NCBI GenBank assembly: GCA_964187785.1 | Contig: OZ076409.1 | Coordinates: 85,376,001-85,440,000, forward strand | Direction of reading: 5' to 3' | DNA: 64,000 nucleotides | Source: Amphiscolops sp. MND2022 | Taxonomy: Eukaryota | Shown here: in pieces, positions 50,831 through 62,699 of the stretch | How positions within the stretch are numbered: the stretch's first letter is position 1 | Layout of the letters: every line of letters starts with the position of its first letter | Program-made: the position numbers and the translations under genes | Notes under the pieces: generated by a model | What the model was told of the DNA's origin: nothing | The model's input: only the letters and a program-made list of their open reading frames with translations | Databases searched by the model: none

Positions 50831-53700
50831 AGTTACAACTTTTTCAGAAAAAAATTGATTTGGTCAAATGGGACACTTTTTTTTCAAACGCTCTGTGTTT
50901 TGCAAAAAATCGTTTTGCGAAAAAGCGCTTTGCGAAAATAGAAGGTTTCTTTTTGGCTATTTAGGCACTAAGAAGATTTTCCCGGAAAAAAACTCGGGTT
51001 TTTTGACATTTCGTGTTAGGTACGACTTTTCTGGGAAAAATCATTTAAATAAAGGGTACCCCTTGAGTTTCATAAATATATACAGCTTGAAAAAAGCGTT
51101 TTGACTGTCTCTTTCTTCAGCACTATCGAACATTTTTCCGAAAAAAAAATTTTCTCGAGAAAAATTGAAAAAAGTCACTTCACTATGAAATTTTCTGAGT
51201 AGTAGGATCGTTGGAAAAGCTTTTAAAATTTTGGCTCTATGAAATAGCGTTCCAAAATATCGCAACTCCGGTGCTTAAAATGACCAAATTCATACCCACA
51301 AATCTCTATGCAAAATTTATCTGCTAAAATGTTTTTCAGAACTTACCTGATTCACCAAAAAAATTTTATTCCAAACTTCAACCCATATTGAGAAATATGC
51401 AAATCGAATGTCACAGTCCGAGCCCGGACTGGCTTGCGGGTGTATGAGAGTTGAATTTGGGCGCAACCACGGATGCACAGCGAGACTGACAAAAAGGTAA
51501 TTTGGATATTACAACTATCTAAATAAAATAAACTGTGACTTAAAAAAACACAGGTCATATTCCACAGAATCGAAAACGAAAATGACCACCAAAACGAACA
51601 GACTAAAATGATTTCACGCATTTCCATCGAGCCACCTGAGCCACGCCGGAAACAAGACTATTCTCCATCAAAAATTTAAACTAAAATTTATCCTTGAATT
51701 AGGATCATAGTCAAATCTAAATTTGAAAATGCTCAAGGACGCACATTAAAGCACTAGGCCTTTCTGAGAAAAGCAGCTTAATTAGAGCTTTGAAAAGTAA
51801 TCAGTGCAATACAGAACGCTGATTCGTCCTGAAATAAACAAATATGTCAACGCTGGCCGATGTTGCAATATGAGTGACTGCTACCGACAAAATGGCGGTG
51901 ACGTCACAATTTCATCACAGCTCAGCTAAAAACTCATTCCCAATTTACGTCACGCCTACGTCACAGCTAGGGCACCTAGCTAAATCTCGGTGCAAACTTA
52001 CGTCCGCAAGTTTATGAAATTAAGTGTTTAGTCAAAAAGAAACTCTAGGATAACGCTAATTTAGTAGAAAACTATTAGATAAAACCCTCCTTGATTCTAC
52101 GCCAAGACTACGTCAATTGATGAATCAAACACTGAGGATTGCACTTTTACGTCGCGTTTGCTATGACCAATTCCAGATTCAAGAAAGTGTACTGACACAC
52201 CGGGTTGAAATCATATAGGCACAACCGATGACTAATATCGGATTAACAACAGGGAGATTATAAACTTGACGAACGAGGAATTCACCAATGAAAAACGGGA
52301 ACTGACTTATTGTCCGGAGACAATTACAGTAAGCAAGTAAGATGAAATGATGCTGGGAGGGTAGACATATTCTCAGATTTTTGTAAAGATAATCAATATT
52401 CTACTGCCTTCCACACTGTTGACTTTGACTCTGTCAGAACAAGATTTCAATCGTAACATGTAAATTTTAGGAGACTTTGATTGAAGTTCGAGATTTCTTC
52501 GTAATTTGTTTGACTTAAATTTGATAACTTCGACATTATGTCTATTCGGAGACTCCCTATATATTCTAAAATAATGTAAGGGCAAGCGCTAAGCGATTGT
52601 ATCGTAACATTGGAGTAGAGTAACTGGTACCATGGATATGGTCTGGGACAAACAACCATGACATCAGCTAACTTTGTCCTCTCAAAGATAGCCGGTCCCG
52701 AGGAGGGGGAACCGTCTCTAGGGATGCTCTCCGGCCTGTTCCAGTCAGTAACTGCTGAGAATAACAGGCATTATGCTTTATCTCTTCACAACCACCGTCT
52801 AGACAGCCTTTAAAATCAATGCCAAGGAAAAATGGTGTAAATTTCCAATTCCAGGATGACATGGGAATAAGGTCTAAAATGGGGATTAATATCTAAACTG
52901 CGAAAACTAGCGCTCGAGCTAGCTAAACAAGTGAAAATACATGAAAACAGGCAGGAATATGGCCAACCACACAGCTACAAGCTGGCGCACAGGGACTCCA
53001 AGCACCAAAAAAAGGATAATTAAGCGAATAGACGCATCTTTCTGGTTCTTGTTACTTTGGGTAGCATAACTCTGAAAATCGGTAAAAACCGGGTAGCACC
53101 TCAAAAAGAGTCTACTTATGAGTTTTCTAAGCGCTCGGGCTTCTGAACTCCGTGTTCCCGTTCGGTCGACTCCGCGTGCGGCTGGCTTTTTCTTCTAAAC
53201 AGCTTTTTTGCCAGGTACTTTGGCCAAAACATGCTCAATTTGCCACGTCAGGTTTGGACAACTTTCTGGTCGACTTTTTCTGAAAACTCGTTGTACCGCA
53301 GGCTTCCGTTACGTAATCTACAAAAGTCGAAAACAAAGGAAAGCTTGTCTGAAAAAATGGAAACCCAAATAAATTCAATTTTTAGCCAATTCTGACCACG
53401 TTCAGTCATTTTTAAATCAAAGACATTTTTGCATTGGGTGTTTATAGTCGACGCATTTTGGAGTTTAAAAAAACTCTGTTACATGTTTTGGCACTGTGCG
53501 AATTTTTCAGGAAAAAAGTTTTCGTTATTGAACGTTTTATAACCTAATTGGTATTTTTGGATACTTTTAGACCGCGAAAATCCTTTCTGGAGGCTACGGG
53601 ATGTTGCAGTTTGGATGAAAGAGAATTTCTTTTGAACTTTGTTTATGATATTTTGCATTGTATACTTTTTTTCCGCGTTCATTCAATTTGCATTTTTGCT

Positions 53701-54268
53701 GGAAATCACAGCGAAAAAAGTGAGGTTGATAAACAGTGAAATTACAAGTCAAATTTCGAACAAACTAAATGAAATCAAANNNNNNNNNNNNNNNNNNNNN
53801 NNNNNNNNNNNNNNNNNNNNNNNNNNNNNNNNNNNNNNNNNNNNNNNNNNNNNNNNNNNNNNNNNNNNNNNNNNNNNNNNNNNNNNNNNNNNNNNNNNNN
53901 NNNNNNNNNNNNNNNNNNNNNNNNNNNNNNNNNNNNNNNNNNNNNNNNNNNNNNNNNNNNNNNNNNNNNNNNNNNNNNNTGGGTTCAAATGAAGAAACTG
54001 TGGACCTTAGGTCTAGTGAGCGACAGGAAGGTAGCAACCGACCAATGGTGAAGATTTTATAACTCTATTGAATAATAACAGTAGAAAAGGTAGGGAAATC
54101 TCTGCGGAAACAACGAGGTTGATGAACAGTGAAATTACAAGTCAAGTTTTGAACAAACTAAATGAAAACATAATAGACGTTAAGACGCAAATTCGTGAAG
54201 CCATCGAACAAGCCATTGTAGATCAAGTATTACCATCACTTCAGAACACTGTGGAAGGTCGTGAATAG
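53701..54268 (+). pseudogene. Two degenerate fragments homologous to the LTR-internal ORF 4189-4803, on either side of the gap
   Basis: QIREAIEQAIVDQVLPSLQN versus QIQRAINDAISNQVLPQIQN; 53701-53779 resembles 54094-54172. Confidence 0.6.
53780..53979. other. Assembly gap (200 N)
   Basis: Direct reading. Confidence 1.
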
Positions 54269-54672
54269 GGGTCTAGGGCTAATGTGGACGTTATGTCCAG
54301 TGAGCGAAACAGGAGTAGAAAATGTGAAAGAACGTGGAACGTCTTCTTGAATATGCTTTACAACATTCTTGTCTTCATTTTATTTCTCACTTTCATGAAT
54401 TACTTGAACTAATATCCTGCCATTCAAAATGTTAGTTTCTGATTGTTTCCATTGCATATTTCATTTCTTCAAGACTAAAGATACGAGCAAAAAGATTAGC
54501 TTATGGAAGTTATACATAAGTTGAAAGGCTGAAAAAAAGAAAGTCCTACTAATCAGCAATTCTTGAATTTGATGGAGGCGTTGCAAACATCAGCATCTGT
54601 TCGATTCTTCAGTCCACAAGAAAAATCACTAATTTAACCAAAAGATTTTGCGATCCATATGAAAGCTAGCTT

Positions 54673-55196
54673 TCATTCTAACTAGAAACATTTTGAAAAC
54701 GATTTTCATCGAAAGGTTCACTGCAAATAATAAAAATGAGGAGTGATAGCGCAATAGTCCACCGGAAACGCCACTTAAATGAACTTTCAGTGATATATAA
54801 TTCATGAACTATTTGCATATAGGACAGAAAAATAATCTCATTGTTTTGAAATTGTCAATAACCCCGGGGGACTGCTAAAAGACTGGGATGGATTGTAAAA
54901 TTGTGGTAAATTTCAATTTTCAGTGACGCATACTAGTATGCGTCACTGAAAATTGAAATTTACCACAATTTTACAATCCATCCCAGTCTTTTAGCAGTCC
55001 CCCGGGGTTATTGACAATTTCAAAACAATGAGATTATTTTTCTGTCCTATATGCAAATAGTTCATGAATTATATATCACTGAAAGTTCATTTAAGTGGCG
55101 TTTCCGGTGGACTATTGCGCTATCACTCCTCATTTTTATTATTTGCAGTGAACCTTTCGATGAAAATCGTTTTCAAAATGTTTCTAGTTAGAATGA
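54673..55196. repeat. Perfect 524-bp palindrome with no spacer
   Basis: 262-bp arms are exact reverse complements around CATACT|AGTATG (54934/54935). Confidence 0.97.
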
Positions 55197-57015
55197 TTCG
55201 AAATACAACCATGCTAACTCAGCAAGTACCAAGAATCAAAGCACTTTATATGTATAAGCAAAACATGAAGAGTCCCCTGATAATAAAAAAAAGCGCAATT
55301 TAATTTTTGTTCCCACAAAAAATGAAAAAGCGTACATTCTATAAAATCTTTCTTTTCCTTTTGTTTCGATAATTCTACCCGTGAGCTCTATTATTGATTT
55401 TGATGCGAAATTCGAATTTTTTCGAGTTGGGTAACCCATTGCCTCAGTTATATATAATGAGAGACAGCAGGTTGTGGGTTTGACTCTTGCACAGGTCGAA
55501 TTTTTTATAATTTGAAAATGCCCCATACTGATAAATTAGGGCGATTCACCGATGGTTACCCATTTTCCTCCAATGGCCACCGTTTGGATCGAATTTGCCC
55601 CTTTTAATACCATCGCAAAGTACGTCATGACCACAGCATGGCAGCATGTCGGTGTGGTTATTGGAAACACGGGGTTCACAGATGCGGTACCATGGAATGT
55701 CTTCCCATGGTAATTATTATGCGTTATAACGTGACATGAGTCGGATATAACATGAAAAACTTGAGTATAACTCTTTCAGTTGAAGCTGGTTCGGTATACC
55801 TTATTTTCTTATCGTGAAAATATATCATGCCGATATATCGGCATGATTGATTTTTCGAAAAAAAAATAAACAAGTTATGTCCTTAACTGTTATATTATAT
55901 TCCGATACAACGCGTTCGATTGTAATGTAGTTGTGTAGGGTGACTAACATTTGAGACAATCAAAAATCATCAGAAAAATTAGCTATTATAATGATCGAGT
56001 AATCCGTGGCACCATTGTGCGCATCTTTAAGATTATTTAAACAGAACTTTCTAAACCAAATTTTGTTTTCTATTTTGAAACTCCTATAATTTTAAAACAA
56101 GACTATGGGCCACACTCCACATTTCTGATGCTTTTTCAAGCTATGAAGTTGATATTTTTGCCCGAGAAAAAAATCCTCTTTCTGCAATCGAACATTGTCA
56201 CTGTGATAATACTAAATTTACTACTGCATAGTCTTTTCATACTTTTTGTTAGTTTGTCATCATAATTTTGATGGTTTTCGTTTTAGTTTCCAAACGGGTC
56301 TGAGAGCTCTCTTCAAGCGCAAACCCAGAGCACAATCTTTCAGAGGCACTCGCAATGATCAGAGAAACATGATACCCCTGCGCACCCAAAAATCTAAGTG
56401 CGAAACGTTCAGACTAGTTACCCCACGGGTGTCGAAACAATTGTCGTACTAAACTCCACCTACTTAACCTGTCAACATTTCAAAACTTTCCATGTTTCAT
56501 GAATGTTTTTTTGAACTGAAGTTTCATATGAATTAAGCGCTTAATACGCTGATAAATCATTCCAGAGTTTGACTACAATTATCTAATCATAGTTGTTTAG
56601 TTTCGATCTTGAAAATTTTCAGCCAGATTATTCATCAAAAAGTCAAAAGTCCCCCCTATTATCTTCTTGATAAAGCGAGTGTCTAAACTGTCCCTCGAAA
56701 ACAGCAGCTTATGTTCCGTTTTGTCATCATACAACGATAATAAGCTCACCTTCTTGATGTTCTGAAGAAGTGTTCAATTGGTTGTAATGTTAGATATTAT
56801 TTTCCTATTTCATGTTTTTGATGCTATTATCAAATTTTATGTTGAAATGATATTACTTATGGGTTTGTGTAGTTCAGATAGGGGCATTTAGATATAGATT
56901 GAAGTAAACTTGCTACCCTGCAAATACTTAGTTGAAGTTGTTATAAGACAACATTTTTCAACTGATTAAGGCAAAACCAGGTGTGAGTGATACTTCATCT
57001 TCGACAGTGATTTGA

Positions 57016-57099
57016 GGAAACGCATACTTTTGCATACTTTCGGAAACGCATACTTTCGGAAACGCATACTTTCGGAAATGCATACTTTCGGAAACGCAT
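57016..57099. repeat. 16-bp minisatellite (GGAAACGCATACTTTC), about 5 units
   Basis: Direct reading. Confidence 0.9.
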
Positions 57100-57172
57100 C
57101 ATATAATATAATTCAGCTTAGATACCGAAATTTATCAACAGCCTCAGTGAGAAAGCAGACATTTTAAAAAAT

Positions 57173-58457
57173 AACAAGCCGAGAACGGCCAAAGTCGGCG
57201 CCATATCTAAGGCTCAAAATTTAAAAGGGGGACCCTTCGGGCTTTGTGAAACTCCAGCTGGTTGCAAAAAATTTGAAAAAAATTGAAGGGGGGACCCTTT
57301 GGAGACATGAAAAAATTTCCCAAAAAAAATTTTTTATGAGATTTTTGAACAGTTTCACAGTGCCGAAAAATGTGAAGGGGGGACCCTTTGCGATTTTTTG
57401 ACATCCATTGTGTTGCAAAAAATCGAAACAAATGAAGGGGGGACCCTCAGGTGCAATCCAAAAAACTTCAAAAAAGTGGGGCTAAGGTGTGTTTTCGAGG
57501 TTGTGGACGTCTGTTTTGTTTTTTCTTTTCGTTTTGGACGCGCTTCTGAGGTTGGAGTTGTTGAGGTTTGAAGTTGTTGAAGTTTGAGGTTGTTGAACAA
57601 ATGAACAAAAAAGTGGACCTTTTGTGTCTAAAAACAAGCCGGGACCGGCCCAAGTCGGCGCCATATCCAAGGCTCAAAAATAGCAAAAGGACTTCCAAGT
57701 GTCAATTTACAGTACTCGAAAATCAAAAAATCAAAAAAATGGACCGAGTGGCGCGCCGGGGCCCGCTAGCGCGAGCCCCTGGCGCGCTAAAAGGGGTGAC
57801 ATTCCGAAATTGTCAACATTTTTGTCGCAGTTGAAGGGGGGACCCTTTGGAGAAAAAAAATTTCGAAAAAAATGTCTCAATGCCGAAAAACTGAAAGGGG
57901 GGACCCTTTGGGATTTTTAAACACCCAATCTGTTGTAAAATATCAAAGAAATTGAAGGGGGACCCTTTGGAGAGAGAAAAATTTTTAGAAAAGTCTCACA
58001 ATGCCGAAAAACTAAAATTGGGGACCCTTTGGGGTTTTTCAACATCCATTCTGTCGCAAAACATCAAAAAATTGAAGGGGGAAAATTTTTATTTTCGGAA
58101 AAAATCTCACAATGCCGAAAAAATGAAAGGGGGGACCCTTCGAGATTTTTCAACATCCATTCTGTCGGAAAACAGCAAAAAAATGAAGGGAAGACCCTTT
58201 TTGGGGAAAAAATTTTCCAAAAAAAGTCTCGCAATGCAGAAAAAAATTGAAATAGGGGGACCCTTTGGTCTCGCCCGGTATTGTATGTTACGCGGAAAAC
58301 AAAGGAAAAACCTTTTTGGTTCAGTTCGCTAAGGCAAATGGTGCAATTTGGTGCAATAATATTTAGAACTTTCAAGAACTATTTTGGTCAGTTCGTGTGG
58401 ATTGAAAAAAATAGTCACTATAATAGTCGCGTTTCACTTCATGAAGCGCCGACTAAA
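57173..58457 (-). mobile_element. Two adjacent/nested HINE-like copies (ends at 57173 and 57634) with expanded internal tandem modules
   Basis: Family termini and repeated GAAGGGGGGACCCTTT / CTCACAATGCCGAAAAA modules; GCGCCGACTAAAA at 58446-58458. Confidence 0.65.
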
Positions 58458-58499
58458 ATGAACGGTAGCTGTCTAATTTTTCTTGATATAACTTCTGAT

Positions 58500-59360
58500 C
58501 GCAAACGCTAGTCGGACATGAATGTTGTCGGTGGAAAAACGGTGAAACTTTCAAGAATTTCACTGGCGACAGCTGTGTGAAGTGATTCTGTTTTCGCTGT
58601 CATCAATGCAAAGAAAACTGGTACCATACACCCATGAACAGATATCATAATTGTCAGTAATTGATAAAATGGCCTCTGAACAACGCCGAAAGTTGCATCT
58701 AAATGGACCCCTTTGCTTGATTAACTGCAAGCCTTGAATTGACCGAAACGAAAATTACCGCAAAATTCTTTTCTGAGGTGACCATGCGACGCTAAAATTT
58801 ACTTCCTTTCAGATCAGAATAGAGAGAGCAACTCACTAAAACGGAATGAGCATCTGCTGAGTTGGGAATTGGTGGTTGAATTTGACGTCTGCGCAAATCA
58901 TTGTACATTGCTCTTTGAACTTCAACAAATGATGAATTGGACTCATCAGCTACTCTTTTTTAAATTTGGCGAAGAGGAATTGACTTTCTCCGCACAATTC
59001 TTCAAATGAGATTTTGTCATCGAATTACCTATTTCTTCGGTATCCGGTTCATGGTTATGTTCGACATTAGTTGAAAGATAGTTACCGTATTTCTTCGAAG
59101 AGAAGTCACCCTCGAATATAGGCCGCCCCGATTACAAGCCGCATTAAGACTGAAAATTTTATCCTAAAAGCCATAGATAACCGTATTTCTTCGGATATAG
59201 GCCGCGAAATCGCTACGGAAAAAACTTACAAGCCGCGGCCTGTATTCGAAGAAATACGGTATCCTTTAATTTTGCAGTGCCTTTACAGAGTGGATAATGC
59301 CTACAGCGTAAATAAATACACTCTTTCAGTTTGTTATTTTTCATGTATAGAAATGACGCA
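58500..59360 (-). pseudogene. Mutator (MULE) transposase remnant with FLYWCH-type zinc finger
   Basis: YLRCRHYPLCKGTA...EHNHEPD and HLDATFGVVQRPFYQLLTI...PVFFALMTAKTE...FMSD; frameshifts and stops. Confidence 0.8.
59085..59259. mobile_element. Tc1/mariner-pogo-type MITE
   Basis: TIR CCGTATTTCTTCGAA / TTCGAAGAAATACGG with TA on both flanks. Confidence 0.85.
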
Positions 59361-59377
59361 AACAAATGAAGAAGTGT

Positions 59378-60213
59378 TTTCAGTCGGCGCTTTCATTAAT
59401 AAAAGAGCCAGACTAATACAGTCACTCGTTTTTAGTCGGCGCTTTTCTAGGGAAAAGTGCCCGACTCTTACAGTGGATAGTTTTTTTTCTTTTTTTTCGT
59501 CAGACTACAATCTCACTCTGATTGGGCCACTTTTCTTGCAATCGAAACTACTAAAACTACTACCATAAGGCCAAGTCCGTTCAGCGGAAATTAGTGCAAA
59601 AGGGTCCCCCTTTCATTTTTTTACTATTTTAACGTAACCTACAAAACCGGACGAGACTAAAGGGTCCCTCCCCCTTTTCGATTTTTTTCGGCATTGTGCG
59701 ACTTTTTTCTCGAAAATTTTTTAATGTCTCAAAAGAGTCCTTTTGAGAGTTGTTTGATATTTTGCAACAGAATATATGTTAATAAAGCCCAAAGGGTCCC
59801 CCCTTTTCATTTTTCGACACTATGCGACATTTTCTGAAAGATAAAAAATTCAAAAATTTCAAGTTTTTTTTCAAAAAAAGTTTTTTGCGCTTTTTGAGCC
59901 TTAGATATAGCGCCGACTTTAGACGTTCCCGTCTTGTTCTTTTTTAAGACATAATCTTCGCGACGAACGTTAACGCTTTGTTCAGGAAACTAAACGATTA
60001 CCACGGAAACGCATCTAAGTTATTCCAAAAAGTCCCCCTTTGGTTTTTTATTTTTTAAACATAACCTACAAAACCAGACGGGACTAAAGGGTCCCCTTTT
60101 CAATTTTTTTCGGCAATATGCGACTTTTTTTCGAATTTTTTTCTCCAAAGGGTCCCCCTTCGATTTTACTTGACCCTTAGATATTGCGCCGACTTGAGAC
60201 GTTCCCGTCTTGT
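59378..60213 (+). mobile_element. Nested HINE-like copies; inner complete copy ~59429-59937
   Basis: TTTTTAGTCGGCGC...GCCCGACT...GCGCCGACTTTAGACGTTCCCGTCTTGTT. Confidence 0.65.
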
Positions 60214-61009
60214 TATTTAAGCCTTCAATTGTGGTGAAATCGCAATTTTCCATCGGTAAAACAGATGTTTGGAATGTGTTGTGTGGAGCTGAGAGGTTAA
60301 ACTAAGATTTTTTGAAAATGAAATTTTTCAAATGAAAAATGTGAAAATGAATAATTACATACCTGTGAAACGAAACTATGTCACGCAATTACATTTTTGA
60401 TTAAGTGTTACATTGTTGATATCCGTTAACACTTTAATTGGCGGTAATAACTATATTGCTTTAATCTGGCAAATAATTATAATTATTAATTTTAACCTGG
60501 CAAACAATACTATGGCTCTGATAGGCAAATTAGATGTGTATTACATTATGTCTGTATGACGATCCCCGAAGTTTTGAATTCGCATTTGAAGCTCTCGGCG
60601 AACGAAAATATTTACCACTCATTCGCTTCATCTCAATGAATTCGGCGTTACAAATGCATAATTAACATTGGCTCGCTTCATTGCACGAGAATTGAATAAA
60701 CCAACTGTCATCTACGCTTATACTCACTGCCGAACAAATAATCTGAATCTTTCCCAGTTGGTACTGGGTTAAGAAACTCGTCTGATACCCAGCTGAAAAA
60801 ACTCTTCCTTACCGTATCTATATTACTCCAGCTCCACCCAAATTGATATAAGCATAATTAACTTCCAGAAAAACTATGGTTGAAAACGAGAAAAATATTT
60901 TTCAAAATGAGAAAAACATTTTCAACTGTTATAAATATTTGACACTTTGATGGCAAAAAAACGATTTAAAAATATATGTATTTCTCCTCTGAAAAAATTA
61001 ACGACTGAC

Positions 61010-61139
61010 CTTTGTGGTCGACTGTGTTGATGAATGCCTTGGCCTTGAGTAGGGCATCGGTTATCTCTACATGGCCCAGTTTGGCAGCGTGCATCACAGC
61101 AGTCATGCCCGTTTTGTCGACCACGTCCAATTGAGGAAC
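61010..61139 (-). CDS. Ankyrin-repeat protein, internal exon
   Basis: AAG acceptor, GTCAGT donor; VPQLDVVDKTGMTAVMHAAKLGHVEITDALLKAKAFINTVDHK. Confidence 0.85.
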
Positions 61140-61766
61140 CTTCAAAGACAAAATGGTTCAGAGCAAAAATCAAAAATCTATTGCTTCAATCGTACTAAAT
61201 ACCAGCCAAATCTAATGGATTTGCATTCCATCAACCTAAAACTAGGGGGAGGCAGAGTATCCAAATCTTTTTGAAGACATGGGAGATAAAATTTCTAGTT
61301 GAAAACATCAACTTCCTCTCGTAATCGACCGTCAACAATTTCCTCGAAAATGAGAAGTTCAAGAAAAATACCAAGTAATTTCGATTATGATCATACCTGA
61401 CACCCAGTGTTGTACAATTAAAGGATAATATAAAGGATCATGATCATTTAGATGGTTATAAAAATTTTCCACCCTTTAAAAGCGATTCATTTAAAGGAAT
61501 AATCATTTAAATGAATAGTAATAGTTTAAATAAAAAGAAACTGCACTCTCAATGTGAATCGAACCGCTGCGATAGAGACGGGAGTCAACTCAATCTATTT
61601 TTTGGGAAGTTTTAATACCTATTACTCAGAATTTTCAAGTTAAAGTATTCAATTATAAGAAAACAGGGCTCAATACTTCACGGAAAATCGATTGTCCATG
61701 AATAACATTGATGGGATTAAAAAGTGATAAGGAAGTCAAAATTTAATGACAACCTTGATTCTTAAC

Positions 61767-61900
61767 CTTGGTGAGAATTAAATCCACAAGACGTTGGCAC
61801 CCAGACAAAACGCTGGCTATGAGAGGGGTCCACCCATTCATTCCAGACATGTCAACGTCAGCTCCGTTCTGGATCAACATTTGCGCACATTCGATGCTAC
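61767..61900 (-). CDS. Ankyrin-repeat protein, preceding internal exon
   Basis: CAG acceptor, GTTAAG donor; SIECAQMLIQNGADVDMSGMNGWTPLIASVLSGCQRLVDLILTK joins the 61139 exon in phase 0. Confidence 0.85.
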
Positions 61901-62044
61901 CTGTTGAAAGATTGATGCTACCTGTGTAAATTGTATTCTATTCAAATATCAATTCCAATTTAAAAGCAAAAACATAACTCTGAAGTAATGCGAACACACA
62001 TGTTGAGAAAATGAAAAGCATAAATCTAAAACGCTTGAAAAAAA

Positions 62045-62629
62045 AAGACGGGATCGTCTCAAGTCGGCGCCATATCTAAGGCTCAAAAATATTCAAAGAA
62101 CAACTATTGGAAACATTTGGAAAATTTTTTTTCAAAAAAAATATTGAAAATTTTTTTTCGAAAAAAGTATTTTTTTAGAAAATCGCACAATGCCACAAAA
62201 ACTCAAAAAGAGGCCATTCAGGCTCATTGAACGTTTTTACAAACCGAAAACTTCAAAAAATGCAATTGATAGAATCCGAAAATTTTCGAAAAAAAAGTCG
62301 CATAGTGCCGAAAAAAAACGAAAAAAAATCAAACGAAACGAAACAAAGCTTTGGTCTCGCATCTACTTTTGGAAACATAAAAAATTTGTGGTTTAGTGCG
62401 AGAATCGAACCCACGATCTCCTGCTTTTCAGAAAATTAGTTGAACAAATGTGAACAAATGTGAACAAAGATTGTAAGAAAAGTGGACCACTCAGAGTGAG
62501 ATTGTCAACTGAAAAAAAAACTACTCACTGTAAGAGTCGGGCTTTTTTCCTTAAGGGAAAAGGCGCCGACTAAAAACTACCCACTGTAATAGTCGGGCAC
62601 AGTTTCTACTAAAATACGCCGACTAAAAA
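62045..62629 (-). mobile_element. HINE-like copy with duplicated hairpin end
   Basis: AAGACGGGATCGTCTCAAGTCGGCGC end; two GCCGACTAAAAA ends (~62577 and ~62629). Confidence 0.65.
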
Positions 62630-62699
62630 CATGAAATACTGTTAAGTATACTGTACCAAGTTATATATGGGCGAAAACAATGTGCCTAATTCGGATAAA

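Noticed and set aside
53639..54062. ORFs containing X runs
   Set aside because: Artefacts of the N gap.
55540..55712. GC-richer island with short open frames
   Set aside because: No convincing motif or matched splice sites.
57016..58300. Repeat arrays superficially like CRISPR
   Set aside because: No unique spacers, no cas genes, eukaryotic context; these are a minisatellite and transposon internal modules.
60728..60792. Candidate next exon of the ankyrin gene (TTTTTCAG...GTGAGT)
   Set aside because: Splice sites are good but the in-phase translation does not continue the ankyrin pattern.
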